Below are positions 18,981 through 28,304 of a DNA stretch of 64,000 nt, piece after piece; the first letter of the stretch is position 1, and every line of letters begins with the position of its first letter. The translations under genes and the position numbers were made by a program. Location: NCBI GenBank assembly GCA_963755915.1, contig CAVWLP010000002.1, positions 3,968,001 through 4,032,000 of the forward strand, read 5' to 3'. The notes under the pieces are model-generated. The model was not told the DNA's origin. It searched no databases and saw nothing but the letters and a program-made list of their open reading frames with translations. Origin of the DNA: an uncultured Phycisphaerales bacterium. GTDB lineage: Bacteria > Planctomycetota > Phycisphaerae > Tepidisphaerales > Tepidisphaeraceae.

Positions 18981-20402
18981 TCATTCGCGCAGCTTTTTCA
19001 TCCGCGCCTGGACGTCCTTGTAATTGAAATCCCACTGCGCGACCTTGCTGTAATGCTGGATGGCTTCCGGCTTCATCGCCTTTTCTTCCAGGATCCGGCC
19101 GCGCTGGTAATACATTTCCTTCGATCGGTCGTCGCCGGTGGTCGGATAATCCTTGATCAGGCCCGAAAGGGTGTCATCCGCTTCATCGAGGAACTTGGCC
19201 TGGTAGAAGGACATTGCCAAAAGCAGACCGGCGTCGAAACGGAATTTGGGGTCCTGCCTGGCGTGCTGCAGGATGGGGATCGCCTCCTGAAACCGCTGAA
19301 GGCTATAGAGTCGCCGTCCGGCCTCGATGCGCCAGCGCATTTCGGTGGGATATGCGTCGGCGGCCATCTGGTATTCCTTCAGCTCAAAATCGAGCTGCTC
19401 GCGGCGGAAATCGGTGTAGTCCTTGCGCAGCTCTTCGTTGTCGCGGTCCTTGATCAGGGCTTCGCGCTTGCTGCGTTCCATCCGGTTGAGCTGCCTCATC
19501 TGGATCGTGCCGATGCGCTGGCGGTAGCGATATTGCTTGGTTTTGTCGTACCAGTCCTGGAGAACGTCGATGGCTTTTGATTCGAAATCGGAATGCTCGG
19601 TTTTTTCGTAGGCGTCGACCAGCCGCATCGCCTTGCCGGGGTCGTTGGGCTCCGCCTTGGCGTCCGATTCCGCCTGGTGGATGATAGCCTGCTGGGCGTC
19701 GAGGTCGGCAAAATCCTTGTCGCCGGTCATCAGCATCTGCTGTTTGTTCATGTCCCGGATCTGATCGCGGAAGCTGCCGCCCTTGGAGTAGCCGGCCGAT
19801 TCCATGGTGTCCATGGCGCCGAGGTTTTTCAGCTCGGTGGAGAGGTCCATATCGTGCGGCCGGAGCCTGAGGGCGTACTGGCAGGCATCCGCCGCCAGCT
19901 TCCATCGCTTCAGGCCCTTGTAGACGTCGCGGAGCACGATGAACTTGCTGAACTCCGGCTTTCGATCGTCGGCGTTGGCCTTCTGGAAGATGGGGCCAAC
20001 CCACAGCACCGTGTCCCAGTATCCCCCGCGGTAGGCGCTTTGCAGAAGCGACTGCATGTGATCCGTGTTGCCCGGATCAAACGAGAGGAGCTTCTCGGCG
20101 TTGAGCATGTTGGTCTGGTCGTCGCTGGTCGGGCGCTTCATCTTCATGGCTTCGAGGAAGCCCATCGCCTTTCCGCCGCTGGCTTTGCGTTTGAGGGAAA
20201 TATCGCGCAATTCCTGGTGCGCCCCGGTTTCGTCCGGGTCCAGCTCGAACCCGCTGATATACATGGAGATCGCGTATTCGTAATTGCCAGTGCCGGCGAC
20301 CGTTTTCCCCCGCTCGAAGAAAACTTTGGCCTTGTCGCGGTCTGCTTGTGGAACCTCTTTGTATTCTGCCACTTGATCTATCCTCAGGACCGACCGGTTC
20401 AA
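18981..20402 (-). CDS. Tetratricopeptide-repeat protein (start may be GTG near 20372)
   Basis: Helical TPR-like repeats (GNYEYAISMY..., EAIQHYSKVAQWDFNYKDV). Confidence 0.85.
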   Translation of the reverse strand: MNRSVLRIDQVAEYKEVPQADRDKAKVFFERGKTVAGTGNYEYAISMYISGFELDPDETGAHQELRDISLKRKASGGKAMGFLEAMKMKRPTSDDQTNMLNAEKLLSFDPGNTDHMQSLLQSAYRGGYWDTVLWVGPIFQKANADDRKPEFSKFIVLRDVYKGLKRWKLAADACQYALRLRPHDMDLSTELKNLGAMDTMESAGYSKGGSFRDQIRDMNKQQMLMTGDKDFADLDAQQAIIHQAESDAKAEPNDPGKAMRLVDAYEKTEHSDFESKAIDVLQDWYDKTKQYRYRQRIGTIQMRQLNRMERSKREALIKDRDNEELRKDYTDFRREQLDFELKEYQMAADAYPTEMRWRIEAGRRLYSLQRFQEAIPILQHARQDPKFRFDAGLLLAMSFYQAKFLDEADDTLSGLIKDYPTTGDDRSKEMYYQRGRILEEKAMKPEAIQHYSKVAQWDFNYKDVQARMKKLRE

Positions 20403-20528
20403 GACGGGTAACGTACTGCTGCTTCCCGACTTGAATCTATCCGAGTCTGGTTGAACCTGTCAATAAATTCATCTACTGTTTAGTCGGCAGGATATTATGC
20501 AATTGCGGCAAATGAATCGAGCGGGCCA

Positions 20529-21074
20529 ATGCCGGACGAACTGAAAATAATTTCCTACCCCGATCCCCGCCTGCGCAAGGTGAGCGTGCCGGTAAAGGCT
20601 TTTGATGAGAACCTTGGCAATCTGGCAAAGCGCATGCTGGAGCTGATGCGCGAGGCGCGTGGCGTCGGTCTTGCCGCGCCACAAGTTGGGAAAAATGTCC
20701 GGCTTTTCGTGACCAATCACACCGGTAAACCTGAAGATGATCGGATTTATGTCAATCCCGTCGTCTTCGACGCCGAGGGGGATGAAACGTCTTCGGAGGG
20801 GTGTCTGAGCCTGCCCACTATCAACGTCGACGTGGCGCGGGCCAAGTCGGCGAAGATCAAAGCCTTCGACCTGGAGGGAAAGCCGTTCGAGCAGACGGAA
20901 ACCGGCTATGTTGCCCGGATCTGGCAGCACGAGCTGGACCATCTCAACGGGGTGCTGATCATCGACCATGCCGGCCCGACTGCGAAGATGGAGAATCGCA
21001 AGGTTTTGAAGGAGTTGGAAGAGAAATTCGAGGCCCAGCGCGGGGAATTGCAAAATCGCAAGAGCAGCAAGTAA
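20529..21074 (+). CDS. def: Peptide deformylase
   Basis: GVGLAAPQVG, EGCLS, QHELDHLNG. Confidence 0.98.
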   Translation: MPDELKIISYPDPRLRKVSVPVKAFDENLGNLAKRMLELMREARGVGLAAPQVGKNVRLFVTNHTGKPEDDRIYVNPVVFDAEGDETSSEGCLSLPTINVDVARAKSAKIKAFDLEGKPFEQTETGYVARIWQHELDHLNGVLIIDHAGPTAKMENRKVLKELEEKFEAQRGELQNRKSSK

Positions 21075-21111
21075 AGGAGTTCGCGGTCAGGACTCTAAGC
21101 TGAAAAGATGA

Positions 21112-21150
21112 CCCCCTCCCTAGCCCTCCCCCGGATTACCGGGGGCGGGG
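21112..21150. repeat. CCCTC-type REP-like palindrome; other copies at 29980-30049, 32830-32858, 40769-40807, 59358-59397
   Basis: ccccctccctagccctcccccggattaccgggggcgggg; the related intergenic copies occur in both orientations. Confidence 0.75.
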
Positions 21151-21169
21151 ACACAGGAGCAGTGAATTA

Positions 21170-22095
21170 ATGCGAATCATTTTCACCGGGAGCGGGGAGT
21201 TTGGCTTGCCGACACTGTCAGCGCTCTTGCAGGCAGGGCACGAGATCGCGGCGGTTTATACGCAGCCTTCCCGCCCGGCAGGCAGGGGAAGAAAGCTGAC
21301 ACCCACCCCGGTGGGGGAGTATGCGGCTGGTAAGTCGCTGGCCGTTGTGGAGACGGCAGACATCAATTCCGAAAAACTTCCGCCGGCTGATGTGATGGTG
21401 GTCATCGCCTTCGGCCAAAAGCTGGCCGAGGGGATTGTGAATGATCCGAGACTGGGTAGCGTCAACCTGCACGCGTCGATTTTGCCGAAATATCGCGGGG
21501 CCGCGCCGATCAACTGGGCTATCGTGCGCGGCGAAACCGAGACGGGGAACAGCATTATCCGCATGGCCCAGAAAATGGACGCCGGGATGATCCTGGCCCA
21601 GTCGCGGATTTCAATCGGAGAAACAGAAACGGCCGGGGAATTGCATGACCGACTGGCGAAGGATGGCGCGGGCCTGATGGTCAAAACGCTGGGGGAGCTG
21701 GAGGCGGAGAAGATCAAAGAGCTTCCGCAAGACGAGGCGAAGGCGACGATCGCCCCAAAGCTTTGCGCGAGGCGGCGAAGATCGATTGGAATTCATCGGC
21801 CGCCGAAATTTCCCGGCGGATTCGAGGCTTTTATCCCTGGCCGGGGTGCAGGGTCGGGCTGGTGGATGCGCAGGGGAAGGAGTCTGCGCGGCTAACGCTG
21901 GTGCGGGCGTCGGTGGTAGAAAGCGAAGGCCCGCGATGGCACCCGGGGGAGATTACGATCTATGGAGATGTCGCGTGCGGAAGCGGGGGGGTGAGGATGA
22001 TTGAGCTTCAGCCGGATGGGAAGAGGGTCATGAGCCTGGAGGATTTTCAGCGGGGGCATTCGTGGATGCCGGGGATGAGATTGGAATCCATCTAA
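21170..22095 (+). CDS. fmt: Methionyl-tRNA formyltransferase (frameshift near 21765)
   Basis: VNLHASILPKYRGAAPINWAI, KMDAG; the C-terminal domain (IDWNSSAAEISRRIRGFYPWPG) is in the next frame; follows def. Confidence 0.95.
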
Positions 22096-22106
22096 GGGTG
22101 GGGCAC

Positions 22107-22331
22107 TTACGGCGTTTTGTGTTTCTTCGCGGCATTCCAGGCGAGGGCGAGCATGATGACGGAGAAGACGATGAGGGCCATTCCCCACCAGAGATTTATA
22201 TTGATGCCGAGGGAATGGGTGGCGTACATATCGTCGCCGAAAGTCACGGCGCCATAGCCGGTGAGGATGACGCCCACGATGCCAAACATCAGACCAATCG
22301 GTATTCGAATATCTAATCCGCCGCCGCCCAT
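22107..22331 (-). CDS. Small two-TM membrane protein associated with the SSS transporter
   Basis: LDIRIPIGLMF...NINLWWG; immediately downstream of the symporter with an aaaggag RBS. Confidence 0.85.
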   Translation of the reverse strand: MGGGGLDIRIPIGLMFGIVGVILTGYGAVTFGDDMYATHSLGININLWWGMALIVFSVIMLALAWNAAKKHKTP

Positions 22332-22343
22332 GTATGGGCTCCT

Positions 22344-24080
22344 TTATCTGAAGATCCAGTTGAGCGCGACCGTGACGATGAGGACGATGATACCGAGGGT
22401 CGCGGGCTGTTTGAACCAGGGGACGCCGTGCTCTTTGATTTTTGGGGTGAGGGAATAGACGAGGCCTTTGAGTTCTTCGTCGGTCTTGGTGCGCGGTGTA
22501 AGCAGCGAGATCACGACCGTGGCGATGAAGCATGACACGAACGCGTAGATCGCCTGCCAGAAATTCTGGGCCATGTCGGCGTAGTATTCGTGATCGTGTG
22601 CGATCCAGCCGCCGTGAATCCATCCGGTGCTGCCGCGTGCGGTGGTGAGCCCGTGATGGATCGCCGCGCCCAATGTGCCGGCGAGCAAGCCGAAAAACGC
22701 CCCGTGGCCGGTGGAGCGCTTCCAGAACATGCCCAGCATGAAGGTGGCGAAGAGGGGCGCGTTGACGAATCCGAACACCAACTGGAGCATGTCCATGATG
22801 TTGTTGAATCGCGTGGCCAGATAGGCGGCGGCAATACTGATGGCAATGCCGGCCACCGTCGTGACCCGGCCGACCCAGAGATAGTGCTGGTCGGTCTGAT
22901 TCTTGACGAGATAACTCTGATAGATGTCATAGGTGAATACGGTGTTAAAAGCCGTGACATTCCCGGCCATGCCCGACATGAATGAAGCCATGAGCGCGGT
23001 GAGCCCCAGGCCTAGGATTCCATGGGGGAAATAGCGTGCCAGGATCATCGGCGTGGCCATGCTGTAGTCCGGCCCGGATTTGTCTTCGGTGAGGGGAAGG
23101 AACGTCCCGCCGGATTTCTGCTGAATCACGATCGCGATAATTCCCGGAAGAATCACCAGCGCCGGGAAGAGCATCTTGGGAAATGCCGCGATAAGCGGCG
23201 TTCGGCGCGCCGCCGACATCGAATCGGCCGCCATGGCGCGCTGGACGACGAGGAAGTCAGTACACCAGTAACCGAAGGAAAGAACAAATCCCAGTCCGAA
23301 AACCATGGCAAACCAATCCACGCCCATGGGATTGTCCTGTGGCTGGGCCATGTGGCTCCAGGAGGAGGTATAGGTTCCAGGCGGAAATCCGTGACTGACG
23401 GCGACCGTGTTGAGCGCCTCGGTGATCGAATGCCAGCCGCCCATGTCGCGCAGCCCGAGATAAACAATCGGCAGAAATCCAAGCACGATCAGGAAGAACT
23501 GAAGGACTTCGTTGTATATGGCGGAAGTTAGTCCGCCCAGCGTGATGTAAACCAGAACGATGACAGCCGACCCGAGCAGCGCCATGTTGAAGTCCCAGTG
23601 GAGCAGAAGATTCATCAGCTTCGCCAGGGCATACATCGAAATGCCCGAAGAGAAGACCGTCATCACGGCGAAGCTGAAAGCGTTGAACCCACGGGTTTTT
23701 TCGTCGAAGCGCAGCTTGAGATACTCAGGGACCGACCGCGCCTTCGAGCCGTAATAGAACGGCATCATGAAGATGCCGATGAAGACCATCGCCGGGATCG
23801 CGCCAACCCAGTAGAAGTGGCTGGTCATGATGCCGTACTTCGCGCCGGAGGCGCCCATCCCGATGACTTCCTGCGCCCCCAGGTTCGCCGAGATAAACGC
23901 CAGCCCGGTGATCCAGGCGGGCACCGATCTTCCCGAGAGCAGAAAATCCCCGCTGGTTTTCATGAATCGGTTGATGACAAAACCGATTCCCAGCACGAAG
24001 ACGAAGTAGACGATGAGGATTACGTAATCGACATTGCCAAGATGGATTTGAATGTCAGCCGGAGAAATGCAATGAACCAT
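22344..24080 (-). CDS. Sodium:solute symporter (SSS family, sugar-type)
   Basis: DFLLSGRS, ISANLGA, PEYLKLRFD, YWCTDFLVVQR; many TM segments. Confidence 0.95.
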   Translation of the reverse strand: MVHCISPADIQIHLGNVDYVILIVYFVFVLGIGFVINRFMKTSGDFLLSGRSVPAWITGLAFISANLGAQEVIGMGASGAKYGIMTSHFYWVGAIPAMVFIGIFMMPFYYGSKARSVPEYLKLRFDEKTRGFNAFSFAVMTVFSSGISMYALAKLMNLLLHWDFNMALLGSAVIVLVYITLGGLTSAIYNEVLQFFLIVLGFLPIVYLGLRDMGGWHSITEALNTVAVSHGFPPGTYTSSWSHMAQPQDNPMGVDWFAMVFGLGFVLSFGYWCTDFLVVQRAMAADSMSAARRTPLIAAFPKMLFPALVILPGIIAIVIQQKSGGTFLPLTEDKSGPDYSMATPMILARYFPHGILGLGLTALMASFMSGMAGNVTAFNTVFTYDIYQSYLVKNQTDQHYLWVGRVTTVAGIAISIAAAYLATRFNNIMDMLQLVFGFVNAPLFATFMLGMFWKRSTGHGAFFGLLAGTLGAAIHHGLTTARGSTGWIHGGWIAHDHEYYADMAQNFWQAIYAFVSCFIATVVISLLTPRTKTDEELKGLVYSLTPKIKEHGVPWFKQPATLGIIVLIVTVALNWIFR

Positions 24081-24154
24081 TCCCGTTTTCCTCTCGAAGA
24101 GCCCAGACTTCCGCCGGCGAAGATTCTAGAGCATCGGAGCCTTGGTTCAAGTAT

Positions 24155-24892
24155 TCAGGCGGATTTCCACACAGCGCCCGAAGGTTTGATAATAAGGGTC
24201 TTGGTGTCGACCTTGCCGACGATCTTGAAAACGTCGAGCTGAGCACAGAAGTCGATATCAGCGTCCTGGCCAACCTTGATATTGTTCTTGCCTCCCTGGG
24301 TTTCGCGAAGAGCGCCGCGGAGGTTATCCCGGCAAGCCAGGAAAAGCCTGCGGGCCATGCGGGCGGTATCGTTTGCAAGGAAATAGCCGACGCCCTGGAG
24401 ATATTCGCAGACGGCCCCGGCGCCGATGGTATCTTCCATCGAGATTTGCCCCGCTGTCCCCGAGCCGAGGAGAATGACCGGCTGATTGTCGGCCGCCGCC
24501 GCTTCCGCGACGGCCGTGGCGTTCACCAGCGCCCCCAAAAGTAAATTACATGCCGATCGCGCCGCGTTCATCGCCTTGGTGCCGTTGGTCGTGGCCATAT
24601 AGATATCGCGGCCGGCATGCTCTTTCGTAAATTGCCGCGGGCTGTTGCCAAGATCGACGCCCGGTGCCGGCAGCGCGTTAAGCTCCCCCAAAAGCAGAGG
24701 CCGCGGATTGCACTTTGCCACGGCCGCCTTCGCATCATCCAGTTCCGCAAACGCGTGAATCGATCGGATGCCGGCCGCAAAGGCGGAGGTGATCGTCGTC
24801 GTGGCCCGCAGGACGTCGAACACCACAACCGTTTTTTCCCCCAGCGGCTCATTGCCCAGATAGGCCGGAAGCAGTACGACTTTCACATCCAT
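24155..24892 (-). CDS. comB: 2-phosphosulfolactate phosphatase family protein
   Basis: VVFDVLRATTTI, DLGNSP, TTNGT, SMEDTIGAG. Confidence 0.92.
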   Translation of the reverse strand: MDVKVVLLPAYLGNEPLGEKTVVVFDVLRATTTITSAFAAGIRSIHAFAELDDAKAAVAKCNPRPLLLGELNALPAPGVDLGNSPRQFTKEHAGRDIYMATTNGTKAMNAARSACNLLLGALVNATAVAEAAAADNQPVILLGSGTAGQISMEDTIGAGAVCEYLQGVGYFLANDTARMARRLFLACRDNLRGALRETQGGKNNIKVGQDADIDFCAQLDVFKIVGKVDTKTLIIKPSGAVWKSA

Positions 24893-24940
24893 GCACGCAA
24901 ATTTAGCGTTCGCATGGAAGAGGAGCAAAGAATCGCAGAT

Positions 24941-26326
24941 ATGCCAAACCGACTATGTGTTATCGACGTCCCCGGCTTGAGCCGGGAGCTCTTACCCGAA
25001 ATTCCCGCCGATTCGACCCTGGGAAAATGGATCGCCACCCAGCGCGTCGTCGGACTCACGCCAAGTTTCCCCGCCGTCACCTGCTCCGTGCAGGCAACCC
25101 TGACCACCGGAAAAAATCCCTCCGAGCACGGAATCATTTCCAACGGCATCCCCACGTTCCGCTCCGCCGATGATCAGAATCTCATCGACGCCAGCAACTT
25201 CGCCGCCAACCGTCGCGAGATCAGCTTCTGGGAGCAATCGAACCAGCTTCTCGACGTCCCCCGGTTCTGGCAGGACGAATCAGGCAAAAGCCGCTGGAAA
25301 ACCGCTCTGCTTTTCTTCCAGCAATCGATGCCCGGCTTCGCCGGAAAATTGAAGCCCGCCGCTGACATCGTCCTGACCCCCAAGCCCGACCACGGCCCAG
25401 ACGGAAAGCTCACCAGCCTCTGCTGGTCCGCGCCGCAAGATCTTGTGCCTCGGCTCTTCAAAGAACTCGGCCCATTTCCCCTGATGAATTACTGGGGCCC
25501 AATGGCCGGCATTGCCTCCAGCCAGTGGATTGCCAAGGCCGCCGCCATCGTTTGGCGCGAGCACGCTCCACAGCTCCAGTGGGTCTACATTCCCCACCTC
25601 GATTACGACCTCCAGCGTTTCGGTCCCAATTCCCCCCAGGCGAAAGCCGCGGTGAGAGATGCCGCCGGCGCCGTCGAGCCGCTCGTTATCGAGATTCTGA
25701 ATTCGCGCGGCAAATTGCTCCTCCTCAGCGAGTACGCCATGAGACAGGTAAATCGCGCCGTCCGGCCAAATCTGATTTTGAAAGAGGAGGGTCTGTTGCT
25801 GACGAAGCAGACGCCCGATGGATGGGTGGTTGATTTCGAGCGATCGTCGGCCTTCGTATTGGTGGATCACCAGATCGCCCACGTCTACGCGAAATCCGCC
25901 GAAGAATTGAACACCCTTGCGCAACTTTTAAAAGTCGAGGGCGTAAATTCGGTCGAGCCGCCGGACAAAGAATTGTACCACCGCCGCGCTGGCGACCTGA
26001 TTCTGACAGCCGGCCCCAACGCCTGGTTCGACTACCGCTGGTGGGACGACCCCGCAGAAGCTCCAAAATTTGCCAGGACCGTCGACATCCATCGCAAGCC
26101 CGGCTACGACCCGCTCGAATTATTCTGGGATCGCGCCGCCAATGCCGTCTCCCAGAACGCTGCCCTGGTCCACGGCAGTCACGGCGCAGTCCGAGAGGCC
26201 GAAGCCGTCTGCATCGGCGACGTGGAAGCCGATCTCACCGCCGCCGGCATCGCGCAAGATCCTCGAAATTCTGGAAGCATAAAAAAAGGCGGCCAACCCA
26301 ATGATCAGCCGCCAAAACCAAAGTAA
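24941..26326 (+). CDS. Alkaline phosphatase / nucleotide pyrophosphatase family protein (EboF-like)
   Basis: VIDVPGL, FPAVTCSVQAT, YIPHLDYDLQRFGP, VDIHRKPGYDPLELF, GSHG. Confidence 0.88.
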   Translation: MPNRLCVIDVPGLSRELLPEIPADSTLGKWIATQRVVGLTPSFPAVTCSVQATLTTGKNPSEHGIISNGIPTFRSADDQNLIDASNFAANRREISFWEQSNQLLDVPRFWQDESGKSRWKTALLFFQQSMPGFAGKLKPAADIVLTPKPDHGPDGKLTSLCWSAPQDLVPRLFKELGPFPLMNYWGPMAGIASSQWIAKAAAIVWREHAPQLQWVYIPHLDYDLQRFGPNSPQAKAAVRDAAGAVEPLVIEILNSRGKLLLLSEYAMRQVNRAVRPNLILKEEGLLLTKQTPDGWVVDFERSSAFVLVDHQIAHVYAKSAEELNTLAQLLKVEGVNSVEPPDKELYHRRAGDLILTAGPNAWFDYRWWDDPAEAPKFARTVDIHRKPGYDPLELFWDRAANAVSQNAALVHGSHGAVREAEAVCIGDVEADLTAAGIAQDPRNSGSIKKGGQPNDQPPKPK

Positions 26327-26350
26327 GGAGAGACTCAAAAGAAAGTAAGT

Positions 26351-26584
26351 TCAGGCCACAAACCGATCCGCGTTTTCCAGCGTCCCACCCGGCTTCGCAA
26401 AACGCGACCACGCCCGGCTATGGCACTTCGGGCAGATCACCGGCGGAACCACCGCCCCCTCCGGTTCAAATCCGCAGCATCTGCATTCAATCTTAACCAC
26501 CACCGCACGCGGCCGAACCGTGCCATGCGGGTCGTACTTGGCAAAATGGCCTTCCGCAGCGAATTGATCCATGCTTATAGACAT
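26351..26584 (-). CDS. Small zinc-ribbon protein
   Basis: CRCC...CPKC motifs; aaggag RBS. Confidence 0.7.
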   Translation of the reverse strand: MSISMDQFAAEGHFAKYDPHGTVRPRAVVVKIECRCCGFEPEGAVVPPVICPKCHSRAWSRFAKPGGTLENADRFVA

Positions 26585-26630
26585 ATTCGGGCTCCTTCGA
26601 TCTAAAAAGGACACTAACGCCCATGCCAAA

Positions 26631-26646
26631 AGCAACGACTATGCCG
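26631..26646 (-). promoter_or_regulatory. Putative sigma-54 -24/-12 promoter
   Basis: Minus strand reads CGGCAT-AGTCG-TTGCT (consensus TGGCAC-N5-TTGC), about 47 bp upstream of the zinc-ribbon gene and next to a bEBP gene. Confidence 0.6.
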
Positions 26647-26767
26647 ATCGATCCATGGAATCTGGGAATGTGAAGCTGGAGCCTCAGATCGCAGGAAATC
26701 AAGGGGATAGAACGCAAAATCTTCACGCTTGGCCCGCAGAAGGGGCAGGGGGGCATGCATCAGAATG

Positions 26768-28165
26768 TCATGCCTGCGTCAAAACGTCGCTTCCCTGGGA
26801 CTTATCGGAGCCCTCAAGGTCGTATTGACGGAGCTTTCGCTGCAGGGTCCGCACCGAGATCCCCAGCCTCCCCGCCGCGTGGGTACGGTTCCCGGCGCAT
26901 TGCTGCAGAGCCCGGGCGATCGCCAGCCGTTCCAGTTCATCCATCGTGAGGCCCGACGGAATCTCCGTGCTCGAAGTCGACGGCATCGCCCCCGCGAGTA
27001 CCCGATCCGGCATGTCCCGCTCCGTCATCACTTCCCCATCCGCCAGCACGAGCATGCTCTCCAGCGTATTCCGCAGCTCACGGACATTCCCAGGCCACCG
27101 ATAAGACTCCAGCCGCTGCATCGCCTCGTGCGAAATTCGCCGCGCCGCCGTGTGCTTCTGCTCGCAGATCTGTCTCAGAAAATGTTCCACCAGGATCGGG
27201 ATATCATCCGGCCGCTCGCGCAGCGGCGGCAGCGTGATCGACACAACATTAAGCCGATAGAACAAATCTTCCCGGAACTTCCCCTCTTCCACCATCTTCC
27301 GCAAATCCCGGCTCGTCGCCGCCAAAACCCGCACATCCACCTTGTGATCCTCATGCCCGCCCACCGGCGTCACCGTAAACGTCTCCAGAACGCGCAGCAG
27401 CTTGGCCTGAAGCCCCAGCTCAAAATCACCGATTTCATCGATAAATAGGGTACCCGCATCCGCCTGCTCGAACCGTCCCACGCGCCGATCCGTCGCCCCC
27501 GTGAAAGCGCCGCGCACATGCCCAAACAATTCGCTCTCCACCAGCGTCGCCGGCACCGCCGCGCAATTCACTGCGACAAAAGGTCCTTTCTTCCGCGGGC
27601 TGTTATGGTGCAGCGCCTGAGCCACCAATTCCTTGCCGGTACCGCTCTCCCCCAGAATCAAAACCGTGCTGTCCACTGGGGCGGCTCGCTGGATTTTGTC
27701 GAAGACGTCCTTCATCAACCGCGACTGCCCGATGATCTGATCCAGCCCGAATTTGTGGTCCAGCCGTCGGCGGAGATAATCGATCTCCCGGTCTTTGGTC
27801 ACCAGTTCAATCGCCCGCCGGATGATCACGATCAACTCATCCGTATTGATCGGCTTCGTCACATAATCAAACGCCCCGGCCTTGATCGCCTCCACAGCCG
27901 AGTTAACGCTTGAGTGCCCCGTAAGAAGGATAAACTGCGTCTCCGGCTTCCGCTTTTTCCACAGATTCAAAAGGTCAATCCCGCTCACATCCCCCATTTG
28001 CAAGTCCGTGAGCACGACATCGATATTCTCATCCACATACCCCAGTGCCTTGTCCGCGTTTTCGGCCGTCAGGACGCTTAAGCTTTCGGACTTGAGAATG
28101 GCGCTGAGGGCCTTCCGCTGGGCGTCTTCATCCTCGACAACCAATACTCTTCCGACGTTTGACAT
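26768..28165 (-). CDS. Sigma-54-dependent response regulator (NtrC/AtoC family)
   Basis: REC domain, GESGTGKE, ESELFGHVRGAFTGA, Fis-type HTH. Confidence 0.96.
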   Translation of the reverse strand: MSNVGRVLVVEDEDAQRKALSAILKSESLSVLTAENADKALGYVDENIDVVLTDLQMGDVSGIDLLNLWKKRKPETQFILLTGHSSVNSAVEAIKAGAFDYVTKPINTDELIVIIRRAIELVTKDREIDYLRRRLDHKFGLDQIIGQSRLMKDVFDKIQRAAPVDSTVLILGESGTGKELVAQALHHNSPRKKGPFVAVNCAAVPATLVESELFGHVRGAFTGATDRRVGRFEQADAGTLFIDEIGDFELGLQAKLLRVLETFTVTPVGGHEDHKVDVRVLAATSRDLRKMVEEGKFREDLFYRLNVVSITLPPLRERPDDIPILVEHFLRQICEQKHTAARRISHEAMQRLESYRWPGNVRELRNTLESMLVLADGEVMTERDMPDRVLAGAMPSTSSTEIPSGLTMDELERLAIARALQQCAGNRTHAAGRLGISVRTLQRKLRQYDLEGSDKSQGSDVLTQA

Positions 28166-28304
28166 AACCGATCCTCATCTCTGGCAGATGAACCGGACCC
28201 AAAAATATCGTACTTCGTAATGTAATAGCATACCGTACAATACGCGGACAACGGACGAAATGTCCGACAAAACGCCCGGCAGCCCAAATTGTTCAAACGC
28301 TGAT

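Noticed and set aside
24941-26326. ebo gene cluster
   Set aside because: Only the EboF-like gene is present; eboA-E homologs are absent from the window.
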